A stretch of DNA of 24,850 bases from a virus (taxonomy: Duplodnaviria > Heunggongvirae > Uroviricota > Caudoviricetes), in the IMG/VR virus record IMGVR_UViG_2565956726_000010; one strand, 5' to 3'. The notes below the pieces were generated by a model. It made no database searches and had not been told where the DNA came from. It saw nothing but the letters and a program-made list of their open reading frames with translations. Every line of letters begins with the position of its first letter. The first letter of the stretch is position 1. Position numbers and translations under genes: made by a program. This document shows, one piece after another, positions 9,206-17,636 of the stretch.

Positions 9206-9546
9206 CAGTGAGTGACCTCTTCAAAGGTACAGTTAAAATCGGTATACATGGCATTATCCGAAATGCTCCACTCCCTGCAGACAACCCGGACAGTCCTGTT
9301 GTGTTTTGGCGGACGCCACAAAAAAGCACGAACCCCGGCATGACGGGATAAAAAACTGTCCAGCGCGGCACGGGAATATTCATCCGTGACACGAAATACC
9401 GGTTTAAACGTTTTCAGATCTGCATTCAGACCACCAGCCCGTCGCTGTTCATATCCGTCACCGAACTTTACCGTAATAACAGATGGCTTTCGTGTCGTCT
9501 CCATCCCCTCGCGGGGGATCCAGTTAAAAACTTCAGACTCAGGCAC
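9205..9546 (-). CDS. M: tail tip protein M (GTG start overlapping the tape measure stop)
   Basis: Aligns to lambda M (FRWKVKPGMD vs FNWIPREGME; VRKVRFGDGY vs ITVKFGDGY); the alignment places the start at GTG 9546..9544, which overlaps the H stop at 9541..9539; an in-frame ATG at 9504 is an alternative. Confidence 0.75.
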   Translation of the reverse strand: MPESEVFNWIPREGMETTRKPSVITVKFGDGYEQRRAGGLNADLKTFKPVFRVTDEYSRAALDSFLSRHAGVRAFLWRPPKHNRTVRVVCREWSISDNAMYTDFNCTFEEVTH

Positions 9547-12500
9547 TGCATAATCCTCCGTCCCGACGTGATGACTGCATAATTGACACAACCCTGCTGT
9601 CGATCAGATCCACCAGTCCCCTGGCTGAGCGCGCATCTATCTCGCCATTGCTCCCTTGATTCTGAATGCTGATGTGATACACGGGAGAATAAACAAATCC
9701 ACCGCCACCATTCACATTTCCAATGGCCCTGACCCCAAGAGAGCCGTCCGCTGCCCGTGTCAGTGGCATGATTGCTTCAGGCCCGGCCTCGCCCATCAGC
9801 CCGGCACCTTTCGCAAAAGCAAAATACGTCGGGGTATCCACAATGGTGTTACTGTAAGCACTCAGATTTGCCGATGTATAAACACCACCTTTTGCGTTTG
9901 CCACTGCACCGGAAAGCCAGTCGCCGACTGTACCAAGCCATCCTCCGGCACCGGACATGCTTTTGGAAAGTGACTTCAGCCCGTTAACGATGGCAGCGTT
10001 CATCAGAATTTTTGAAACTTCCTGGAGAATTGAACTCCCCCAGTTTCTCCAGTCCACAACATTTCCGGCCAGTGCATCGGAAATATTTGATACCAGCCCG
10101 TCCATAGTGGAAACGACAGCATCTGCCGCCTGCGAAGCATAATCGGTGGCACTGTCTGCCCAGTTCGTCAGTCCCTCCTGGAGTCCGGCATTCCAGTTAC
10201 TGCGTAAAGCATCAGCCTTTGCATAATAATCCTGCTGATCGCTGAGACGCTCTTCCAGATATTTTTCATTCAGAGATTTTTCCTGTTTCCACAGGGCTTC
10301 TTCAATTTCTCCGGCCTGATACTGTCTCAGTAGCTCGTTATTTTTCTGCTCAAACTCCTGCCGGATGCTCCACATTTCCTGAAGTCGTTCACGCATCCGT
10401 GAGCCTTCACCATATCCCAGTAACTGAGCCTCATTTGATGCTCTGACACTGGCATTACTGTCCGCCAGACTGCTCTCATACGCAGCAAGCTGCTCACGAA
10501 TCTTTTTCTGGTCGATGAGTGCTGCATTCTGCAAAAGCGTTTTTTTCTGCGCTTCTGACAGGGTTGATAATTCGCCCTGGCTGACCTGATATTTCATCTT
10601 AGCCAGTTCAGTATTCTGCCCTGCCAGTGCTATTTGCTCTTTTTGCTGTTTAATCAGTTGCTTATAAGTATCTTCTATTTTTTCCGCTTCGGTCTTTTTA
10701 TGCGCTTTGGGTTTATTTGCCTGGTTATTTCGCCATGCATCCAGTGAGTTATTTATATAATTCAGTCTTGCTGTCTGATACGCCTCTCCCACAAAGCCGA
10801 GATCATCCGCAGCATAACCCAGGCGGGCACGCTCACGAGCTTCCCCCTTCAGGCGGGACAGAGCCAGTTCGCGCTCGCTGTTATTCAGTGCGGTCTGCTG
10901 TTTATCATCCAGGGTTGCCTGTGGTAGCCGTAACGGTACATTCACCAGCCCCTGTCGCTGCTGAAGTAATTCATTACCGAGCCCGAGAAGGCGATTAAAC
11001 TCGGTATGCTGCCCATTCATGATCAACAGGGACTGATACGCTTTGTTTTGTTCCGCTGCCTGTTGACGGATCAACGCCATCCGTCGCTCCTCCAGCCCGG
11101 CAAGCACATCCTGAATGGATTGCGCTTTGCCCTGCATTTGAGTGAGGCGAGACTGTTCAACTGCCAGTTGATTTGTTGCTTCTGCAAGCCCTTCTGTGAC
11201 AGTTTTTACCGACGTCATGTGGTTAATCATAAAACCGTTATCGGTTGTCCAGCCCGGGTTTGCCAGCACATACTGATAGCCAGCAATTTTTTCCTGTAAG
11301 GATTTAATCTTACTTTTCTGCTCGTCAATTAACCTGTTTTGCTCCTTCAGTGCCTGTCGCGTCTTTTCCTCATTATCTGACGCTTCAGGAAGCGACATTG
11401 CCGACGTTTTCTGGCGAATTTCGTCGATTGTTGCGGCATACTGTCGTGCAGATTCTCTGGCCTGCTCCTGATTCTGATACATCGTGTACCAGGCCGCAGC
11501 CCCCAGCATGACGAGTCCCGGCACACCACCAACCAGCCCCAGCGCGCCACTTAATAAACGACTCCCCACTGACGTAACATTATTCAGCGTTGTCTGTGCC
11601 GCTGTTCTGGCCGCAATATTACGGGTAAGTGACACCTGGGCAGCTGTCAGCTTCGCTTCTGCTGCGGCCTGCCTTTCGGTACCGCGAGCAGCAACAACCG
11701 CCTGTTGCGCACGATAAACCGCCGCACGCGCCCTGGCGGTTGCTATCTGTGTCCCCCGAAGTTGCACTTCAGCAAGAGCCACTTCGTTTCTGGCTGCAGT
11801 AATTAATCCGGCAGTTGCAGATCCAGCAGACGACGCCATATTGCCAAAATATCGGGCTACCCCGACGGCAACCAGAGCACCAGCAGCGGTTGCCACGGTG
11901 TCAATATTGCCTGCAATACCATTCAGCACACCGGAGAGCGTCTTCGTCACTCCGCTTGCCTCGTTCGCACCACCAACCCAGGCCATAAAGGCGTTTTCAA
12001 CTTTGGTTGCAGAGGATGAAACCGTATCAGGCATTGCTGCATATTCATCACGCAACGCCCCAAGCTGACTAATCAGTGCAGGAACAACCTTATCGGCGGT
12101 CAGTTTTCCGTTATCCGCCATGGCCTTCAGATCCTTACGGGCAACCCCCATTCCCGCAGCCAGCGCACGAATAACACGATCGCCGTTCTCATTCACCGAG
12201 TTAAACTCTTCACCGCGCAGCACTCCCTGCGCCAGTGCCTGACTGAACTGCGTGATCACCGAACTGGCTTCTGCTGTACTGGCACCGGATAATTTCAGGC
12301 CCGTGGAGATCGCCTCGGTGACTTTCAGTACCTCCTCAGAACTGTAACCATACTCCCGCATGGAAGCTGCAGAACGGGCAAAAAGGCTGGCGTTATCAGA
12401 AAACGCCGTCCCCGTTCTCTGGCTGATCGCCATTAATTCACGCTGTGATGACTGAAAATCATCACTGGACTGTGAGGCCTGCTTCAGACGGGCATTTACT

Positions 12501-12784
12501 GAATTCCACTCATCGGCGAGAGAAATAAGATGACCGGTAGCAAAAGCCCCGGCAAATGCCCCCGCCATGTTCAGTGCCGAAGATTTAGCTGTATTTATCT
12601 GATCCGTCACTTCTGCCAGTGCACGCCGCATTTCACGGGATGCAGCAGCGGACTGTCGGCCTCCGTTCTGCATGGTACGGTAGTAATCCTGCCCCATACG
12701 CGAAGCCCGGGAGATCTCTGACTGGAATGACCGGGAATTTGCCGAGATTTTAATAATCAGTTCACGTAATGTCGCCACACTCAT
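9539..12784 (-). CDS. tail tape measure protein (not lambda H-like in sequence)
   Basis: 1081 aa, Ala/Gln-rich with long coiled-coil stretches and hydrophobic Gly-rich segments; sits between the GT chaperone and M as in all siphoviruses; ATG 12784..12782. Confidence 0.9.
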   Translation of the reverse strand: MSVATLRELIIKISANSRSFQSEISRASRMGQDYYRTMQNGGRQSAAASREMRRALAEVTDQINTAKSSALNMAGAFAGAFATGHLISLADEWNSVNARLKQASQSSDDFQSSQRELMAISQRTGTAFSDNASLFARSAASMREYGYSSEEVLKVTEAISTGLKLSGASTAEASSVITQFSQALAQGVLRGEEFNSVNENGDRVIRALAAGMGVARKDLKAMADNGKLTADKVVPALISQLGALRDEYAAMPDTVSSSATKVENAFMAWVGGANEASGVTKTLSGVLNGIAGNIDTVATAAGALVAVGVARYFGNMASSAGSATAGLITAARNEVALAEVQLRGTQIATARARAAVYRAQQAVVAARGTERQAAAEAKLTAAQVSLTRNIAARTAAQTTLNNVTSVGSRLLSGALGLVGGVPGLVMLGAAAWYTMYQNQEQARESARQYAATIDEIRQKTSAMSLPEASDNEEKTRQALKEQNRLIDEQKSKIKSLQEKIAGYQYVLANPGWTTDNGFMINHMTSVKTVTEGLAEATNQLAVEQSRLTQMQGKAQSIQDVLAGLEERRMALIRQQAAEQNKAYQSLLIMNGQHTEFNRLLGLGNELLQQRQGLVNVPLRLPQATLDDKQQTALNNSERELALSRLKGEARERARLGYAADDLGFVGEAYQTARLNYINNSLDAWRNNQANKPKAHKKTEAEKIEDTYKQLIKQQKEQIALAGQNTELAKMKYQVSQGELSTLSEAQKKTLLQNAALIDQKKIREQLAAYESSLADSNASVRASNEAQLLGYGEGSRMRERLQEMWSIRQEFEQKNNELLRQYQAGEIEEALWKQEKSLNEKYLEERLSDQQDYYAKADALRSNWNAGLQEGLTNWADSATDYASQAADAVVSTMDGLVSNISDALAGNVVDWRNWGSSILQEVSKILMNAAIVNGLKSLSKSMSGAGGWLGTVGDWLSGAVANAKGGVYTSANLSAYSNTIVDTPTYFAFAKGAGLMGEAGPEAIMPLTRAADGSLGVRAIGNVNGGGGFVYSPVYHISIQNQGSNGEIDARSARGLVDLIDSRVVSIMQSSRRDGGLCSA

Positions 12785-12794
12785 TCTCCGGACG

Positions 12795-12816
12795 AAAAAA
12801 AACCGCCGAAGCGGTT
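12795..12816 (-). terminator. terminator-like hairpin between T and the tape measure gene (likely RNA stability/attenuation element)
   Basis: Minus strand AACCGC-TTCG-GCGGTT followed by TTTTTTTT, 9 nt after the T-frame stop and before the tape measure Shine-Dalgarno. Confidence 0.4.
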
Positions 12817-12824
12817 ATGTTGAC

Positions 12825-13513
12825 TCACTGAGACACTATTAAAAGCGCGTTTTCCAGTCCAGCAAATGGATCTGATACGCCTTCTGTCTGCTCCTTCTCC
12901 CACTGAAGAAGCGCATCATTCAGTGGCACTTTGACCCCCTGCGCACCGTAAACAGCTGAAACAATCTGGGCAGCCCGGATATCAGCCCGTTCGTCCCCCA
13001 GCGGGCTGAACCTGTCAAATTCTGCCCACATCATGATTTCTGATGCGGACATTTCCCGGCGTAACTCTGACAATGTGCGCCCCATCCTGAGCGCCAGCAT
13101 CATCAGAAAACGCATCCCCGGAAGCGCTACTTTTTTTTAACCTCGCCGGCATCACTGATTAGTTCCAGAGACTGCCGAAGAAGCCGCGCATGCACCGGGC
13201 CATACACGGCAATCACCTGTTCACGATCATCCTCTGAAAATACAGGTTGCAGTCCGGTATCACACAGAACATCGATGAACAGTTCAACATCCGCTTCCAG
13301 ATTTCGGCGGGCGCGCTCCGCAACGGATAACGGTGTCTCATCATCTTTTGCTTTAACGATCTCCTGCCAGCGCAACCAGGCTTCTGCAGAAGGTTCCCGT
13401 AATACAACCGTTGCCCCTTCCCATTCAGGCACATCAACAGTTTTATGGCGAAACCCCGACATCGTTGCCAGTGCCAGATTACGGATATTTTTAGTCATCA
13501 CATCTATCCTCAT
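12825..13513 (-). CDS. tail assembly chaperone G-T fusion made by -1 programmed ribosomal frameshift
   Basis: The -1 frame after the heptamer at 13136..13130 is open for ~100 codons (KKVALPGMRFLMMLALRMGRTLSELRR...) to a stop at 12825; the arrangement is conserved in tailed-phage G/GT chaperones. Confidence 0.75.
13127..13513 (-). CDS. tail assembly chaperone (G-analog), 0-frame product
   Basis: 128 aa acidic protein directly upstream of the tape measure gene, ending ...AGEVKKK* with its last codons forming the slippery heptamer A_AAA_AAG. Confidence 0.85.
   Translation of the reverse strand: MRIDVMTKNIRNLALATMSGFRHKTVDVPEWEGATVVLREPSAEAWLRWQEIVKAKDDETPLSVAERARRNLEADVELFIDVLCDTGLQPVFSEDDREQVIAVYGPVHARLLRQSLELISDAGEVKKK
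13130..13136 (-). promoter_or_regulatory. -1 programmed frameshift slippery heptamer A_AAA_AAG (G/GT)
   Basis: Minus strand reads GTT AAA AAA AAG TAG in the G frame; classic X_XXY_YYZ motif at the last codons of G with an open -1 frame downstream. Confidence 0.8.
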
Positions 13514-14217
13514 TAACTGACGGTAACAGTGCAGGAAGTAGAGGTCACTTTGTTAACCGGGCTTGCTGAATCAGAAATCTCGCAGGTATATGCACCCGCA
13601 TCACCGGATACTGCCGATGCCTTACTGAACGTTGCCGCCGTCTGTCCGGAAACAGGAGAACCACCTTTCTTCCAGACATAAGAATAAGGCGGCACACCAC
13701 CCGCAGCCTCAACCGCCATTTCAAGTTTCGATCCGGAAGCAACCCGCAGCGTGCTTTTTAAATCGACCTTCACTTTCAGCGGCTCTGTCGTCAGCACAGG
13801 TTTACCTTTCAGGCGCAGAGAAAACGTTGCAGCCACAACACCATTGGTTCCTGCAGACCAGGTATGCTGACGCACCTCTGCCATAAAGGTAAATCCGTTG
13901 CCTGACGGAAAAATAACTTTAAAGCCATACGTGGTGTCATTGTCATAGGCACTGCGCAACGCGTTCTGGGCAGCATTGAGGTAAAAGTTGCCTGACATGG
14001 AAATCTCTGAAGCAGCACCAAGGCCGTTAATATTTTCCTGCTCAACAGAACACAGCGTGGTGACATCAATATCCTGCTTTTGTCCTGCAGTAAACTGCAC
14101 CTCTTTGATTGTACAGCTCAGGCCAAGATAGCTGGCAGAATCCAGGGTTTCTGCTGTTACCGGTGCAGACGAAATCATAATTTTCGTCAGTTGCGAACGC
14201 TCAAAATTAGAGGACAT
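13513..14217 (-). CDS. major tail protein (V-analog) with C-terminal Ig-like domain
   Basis: ATG 14217..14215 (MSSNFERSQ...) with AGGAGACG Shine-Dalgarno; C-terminal ~80 aa has Ig-like features (PPYSYVWKK...GAYTCEISD); directly upstream of the G/GT chaperone; sequence is not lambda V-like. The annotated ORF extension to 14268 is rejected. Confidence 0.85.
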   Translation of the reverse strand: MSSNFERSQLTKIMISSAPVTAETLDSASYLGLSCTIKEVQFTAGQKQDIDVTTLCSVEQENINGLGAASEISMSGNFYLNAAQNALRSAYDNDTTYGFKVIFPSGNGFTFMAEVRQHTWSAGTNGVVAATFSLRLKGKPVLTTEPLKVKVDLKSTLRVASGSKLEMAVEAAGGVPPYSYVWKKGGSPVSGQTAATFSKASAVSGDAGAYTCEISDSASPVNKVTSTSCTVTVS

Positions 14218-14229
14218 ACTCGTCTCCTG

Positions 14230-14257
14230 AAAATAAAAAACCCGCCAGCGGCGGGTG
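14230..14257 (-). terminator. terminator-like hairpin upstream of the major tail gene
   Basis: Minus strand CCCGCC-GCTG-GCGGG followed by TTTTTTATTTT, between the stop of the 14277..14621 gene and the major tail Shine-Dalgarno. Confidence 0.45.
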
Positions 14258-14276
14258 GGTAAAATCATTAACGACC

Positions 14277-14621
14277 TCAGGCTATTACCTGAAATTCAAG
14301 CGTGGCTCTGCTCAGACGGGAGTCAGGATCATACCCCTGCGTTTTAGAAATAACGGAGGGTGCCAGTTTCCTTACTGCATCAAGCGCCTGCTCACGAATA
14401 TCATCTGCGTCATCAGGTACTGTCGCCCAGACATCGATCTGCACGGTAATTCTGGATTCAGCCTGCCCATCAAGCACATCAGATGCCGTGTCAGACACCA
14501 CAGAAAACACCAGCCACGGCGGAGATACCGCAGGCTTTCCCTCCGTCAGCGGGACCACATAAGGATAAACCTGTCCTCCGGCCAGCTGAGACAACAGGGA
14601 ATACAGTGTGCCCTCCCTCAT
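14277..14621 (-). CDS. putative tail terminator / head-tail joining protein (114 aa)
   Basis: Position immediately upstream of the major tail gene, matching the size and order of tail terminator proteins in HK97-like siphoviruses; start overlaps the stop of the preceding gene; function assigned by synteny only. Confidence 0.5.
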   Translation of the reverse strand: MREGTLYSLLSQLAGGQVYPYVVPLTEGKPAVSPPWLVFSVVSDTASDVLDGQAESRITVQIDVWATVPDDADDIREQALDAVRKLAPSVISKTQGYDPDSRLSRATLEFQVIA

Positions 14622-15067
14622 TTACTTAAGACCTCATCAATAGCCTGATTCATTCGCTGTATGGCAACCTGCGCCGCCAGCTCCTCTGTCGTATCGAAAG
14701 CCGGGCGAATGAATGGATGCGCGGGCATGTTTATCGTTCCCAGCTCCACAAAGCGCCAGTAAAATGCATTTCGGGGATCGCTGGCTTTCATGCTGTTATC
14801 ACTGTTTCCGGTTCGCAGGTTCCGTCCGCGAATGTGGACACCCGAGATAATTTCCCCCCGACGCTTTGAACGCTGAGTGAGAACAACCACATTTTTCTTC
14901 AGTTTCCCGGTTCGCTCCGGCGCACGTTCAACAACTGCATCCCGCATAACTTCAGCACCGGCACGGGTGGCATCGCGCAGAACCTTATTGTTTTCTGCCC
15001 TGCTGAGCGTCTCCAGATCCCGTGCAATATCCGCCAGGCCGGAAAAATCAAGACTGAAATCCATCAC
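14618..15067 (-). CDS. putative HK97 gp10-family neck / tail completion protein (149 aa)
   Basis: Synteny in the head-tail joining block; basic protein with start overlapping the stop of the upstream gene (ATGA-type coupling). Confidence 0.5.
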   Translation of the reverse strand: MMDFSLDFSGLADIARDLETLSRAENNKVLRDATRAGAEVMRDAVVERAPERTGKLKKNVVVLTQRSKRRGEIISGVHIRGRNLRTGNSDNSMKASDPRNAFYWRFVELGTINMPAHPFIRPAFDTTEELAAQVAIQRMNQAIDEVLSK

Positions 15068-15402
15068 ACATTCCCCTTCAGGCTGCAGAGTATTTCAAGC
15101 CGGGTAGCGCGTGCATCCGGTATTGGTGGACCTTCTATACCCAGAATGGCCCCTTTAAATGCACCGGTCAGCACTTTCAGACGTGAAGTCGCTGTCACAT
15201 CGCGCCGGAATCTCATCCAGACTCTGACCGTAGCCTGAGCGGTTTCTGCTCCGCCTGAGATTATCTCCCTCCCGCTGATACCCTTAACTTCTGCCCATAC
15301 GGTAGCTCCCTCCGTCACCGTCTCCACCGGATGCCCTGACGGAGAGCGGGCGGTGGTGACATTCAGAATAATTACGCGATCACGTAATCTGCCCGCCTGC
15401 AT
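15064..15402 (-). CDS. putative head closure / head-tail adaptor protein (112 aa)
   Basis: Synteny (second gene after the major capsid gene); size typical of HK97-like head closure proteins. Confidence 0.5.
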   Translation of the reverse strand: MQAGRLRDRVIILNVTTARSPSGHPVETVTEGATVWAEVKGISGREIISGGAETAQATVRVWMRFRRDVTATSRLKVLTGAFKGAILGIEGPPIPDARATRLEILCSLKGNV

Positions 15403-15410
15403 GTCTCCTC

Positions 15411-15728
15411 CTACAAAGGAATAAAACGATAAGGCTCCAGCAGAGAAGAAAAACCAAACGGGACTGGTGCCTTGCTGACATCTGAGGAATTTTCCCGGTT
15501 TTCGTACCAGTGCCCGACCAGCAACATGAGCGCCAGCAAAACATCATCAGCTATAAGCACCCCTTCAGGATCACCTTCCGGCACCGTCTCCTCATAAAGC
15601 TTACGGTTGATAAAATTTTCTGCCTTGCGGCAGGCAGCCCGGAAATACAGCATCAGTAACTCATCATCAGTTGCATCATCTGTATCAATACGGCACTGCG
15701 CCCTGAGTTTTTCCACTATTGCTGCCAT
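15411..15728 (-). CDS. putative gp6-like head-tail connector protein (105 aa)
   Basis: ATG 15728..15726 (MAAIVEKLRAQ...) with AGGAG Shine-Dalgarno; first gene after the major capsid gene and its terminator; the ORF extension to 15908 overlaps the capsid gene and is rejected. Confidence 0.55.
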   Translation of the reverse strand: MAAIVEKLRAQCRIDTDDATDDELLMLYFRAACRKAENFINRKLYEETVPEGDPEGVLIADDVLLALMLLVGHWYENRENSSDVSKAPVPFGFSSLLEPYRFIPL

Positions 15729-15760
15729 CAGAAACTCCTGCCCGCAACACTGTGCGGGCA

Positions 15761-15786
15761 TAAAAAAACCGCGTCGGCGCGGTCTG
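15761..15786 (-). terminator. intrinsic terminator / RNA-stabilising hairpin after the major capsid gene
   Basis: Minus strand ACCGCG-CCGA-CGCGGT followed by TTTTTTTAT, 20-40 nt after the capsid stop codon. Confidence 0.55.
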
Positions 15787-15804
15787 TAACTGAACAACGA
15801 GTGG

Positions 15805-17022
15805 TTATTTGCCAGTGAGCGCCTTGATGGCTGCCACATCTTCCAGCACACAGTCAAAACGATGGAAAGCCAGAAATGCCACCTGATCAAACTCAGCATA
15901 ACGCTCAACCAGACGTTTCAGTTCCATATAAGTAACGCGGCGAATGATAAAGCGGTTGAAATCCCCCAGGAAAATGAATTTTTTTCCGGTACCAATCCCG
16001 TCAATAGCCTGATCAATAACATAAGGGATCCCCAGCACAGTAGCCGGCGTACCGCCTGCAATATCCGGCAGCCATAACGGGCGTTTCTGCCCATCCTCCA
16101 TCTCTTCAATAGTCTGCAATGTGGCATCATTGAATGCCCAGCGGTATTTCGGCCCACCACGATATGCCGGATCAATGGCATGTTTCAGGGCATTCATTTC
16201 TTTCCAGGTGAAAGCGGCAGAGGCTGCAGTCTGGATGGTTCCCGTCACCGACGCTGCCAGCCCTTTTGGCTGTAACGGTGATCCCGTTCCGGTCCCCTGA
16301 ACCAGATATTTTGCCTCTCCACGACCAATACGCTGGGCAATACGGTTTGCCAGATAAGATTCAATATCCACCCCACTGTCCTGGAGCAGCTCATTGGACA
16401 CACGAATTATTTTTGATGACAGCTTTTTAGCCCCCAGAATAGCGGTCCCGAACGTCACATCCTGTTCCGTTGCGGCTGTATTTTCCGCCAGCAGTTCGCC
16501 CTCTTCAGTCGTGCCATCAGACGTTGACCAGGTGATATCCTGCCCGGTTGATGTGGTCAGAAGTTGCGCCACACTGGCAATCCCGCCATAAGCCTTCATG
16601 GTGTCAATGATTTTGTTACGCATCTGCGTGGGCACCGTATATCCGCCCTGAGAATCCGTTGTTACACTCTGAGCCCGCAGTTCACGCATCAGATTACGCT
16701 CTTCAGCATTCAGTTCTGCAAATCCGGCACGCAGAAAACGGTTAAATGCCGCAGCGCGCTTCTCTTCCACCGCCTTTTTCCCGTTCTCCGCCTCATTATT
16801 CTGGCGCTCTTCCGGCCCGGACTCATCCACATATGCCTGATCCTGACGGCGCAACTCTTCTTCACGGGCGATTTGCTCATCCAGCGCATCCAGCTCAGCT
16901 TTCGCCCTGTTCCACTCTGCCCGTTGCTCATCAGTCCATGCGTTATCACCAATTTTTTCATGCAGTGCACGCATATCCTTTGCAATGGTGTTTCGTTTTT
17001 GCTTCATCTCATGAAGTTTCAT
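15805..17022 (-). CDS. major capsid protein, HK97 family (with N-terminal delta/scaffold domain)
   Basis: 405 aa; N-terminal ~100 aa is a charged coiled-coil (delta domain) followed by an HK97-fold capsid body; follows the prohead protease as in HK97. Confidence 0.9.
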   Translation of the reverse strand: MKLHEMKQKRNTIAKDMRALHEKIGDNAWTDEQRAEWNRAKAELDALDEQIAREEELRRQDQAYVDESGPEERQNNEAENGKKAVEEKRAAAFNRFLRAGFAELNAEERNLMRELRAQSVTTDSQGGYTVPTQMRNKIIDTMKAYGGIASVAQLLTTSTGQDITWSTSDGTTEEGELLAENTAATEQDVTFGTAILGAKKLSSKIIRVSNELLQDSGVDIESYLANRIAQRIGRGEAKYLVQGTGTGSPLQPKGLAASVTGTIQTAASAAFTWKEMNALKHAIDPAYRGGPKYRWAFNDATLQTIEEMEDGQKRPLWLPDIAGGTPATVLGIPYVIDQAIDGIGTGKKFIFLGDFNRFIIRRVTYMELKRLVERYAEFDQVAFLAFHRFDCVLEDVAAIKALTGK

Positions 17023-17036
17023 CGTCAGTAGTATCC

Positions 17037-17636
17037 TTATGCATTAAGAAGGGTCAAAAGACGCTCACGCGCCATTCGTTCGTTAACAGCTTTCTTCAGC
17101 GCACCACTCGCCCGCGCTTCCTGCCAGGCTTTCATTGAGCGGACACCAGAGTCTGCGTCCTGATAGGCCGGATATGTCACCGGGCTGACGTCATACAGAC
17201 GAGAAATGCGCGTGATTTCCCGGATAACAATCCCCTCGTCGTCTTCATACCAGCTCTCTCCGTCACGGGCGACACGAAACGCGAACGAGGACTGATTAAT
17301 GTCACCACGCAACATTGGAGACAGCACCAGGTCACAAATAGTCGGAGTATCCGGTGCAACAATGTCATAACGTAAACCGCGTTCATCCACCGACAATGAC
17401 AACGTGCCGGCAAAACTTCGTCCGAGAATGAAATTAGGATCATGATTAAACAAGCCACGTACATCATCATTCAGTACATCATCAAAAGCCCCCGGCTTGA
17501 TGATTTCACGAAATCCCCACAGAGGTTCTGAACGACTGTTAAATACCGAGCCATACCCCAGAATGTGGGTCGGGGCATTATCATATTGTTCCGCCCGCAC
17601 CTCCCCGCTGTAACAGCGCGTTTCACGGTCATTCAT
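17037..17636 (-). CDS. prohead maturation protease (HK97 family, S78)
   Basis: 199 aa between portal and major capsid genes; overlaps the portal stop by 8 nt; size and position characteristic. Confidence 0.85.
   Translation of the reverse strand: MNDRETRCYSGEVRAEQYDNAPTHILGYGSVFNSRSEPLWGFREIIKPGAFDDVLNDDVRGLFNHDPNFILGRSFAGTLSLSVDERGLRYDIVAPDTPTICDLVLSPMLRGDINQSSFAFRVARDGESWYEDDEGIVIREITRISRLYDVSPVTYPAYQDADSGVRSMKAWQEARASGALKKAVNERMARERLLTLLNA

Noticed and set aside
8501-9211. 236-aa plus-strand ORF antisense to L
   Set aside because: L is well supported by length and conserved motifs; the antisense ORF has no ribosome-binding site and no recognisable product.
14218-14268. 17-codon N-terminal extension of the major tail protein ORF
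   Set aside because: The extension runs through the upstream terminator hairpin; the internal ATG at 14217 has a consensus AGGAG ribosome-binding site.
15729-15908. 60-codon N-terminal extension of the connector ORF overlapping the capsid gene 3' end
   Set aside because: It overlaps the capsid gene and its terminator; ATG 15728 with an AGGAG site gives a protein of the expected ~105 aa.
16564-17138. Plus-strand ORFs of 130-155 aa antisense to the capsid and protease genes
   Set aside because: Shadow ORFs within HK97-type capsid and protease genes.
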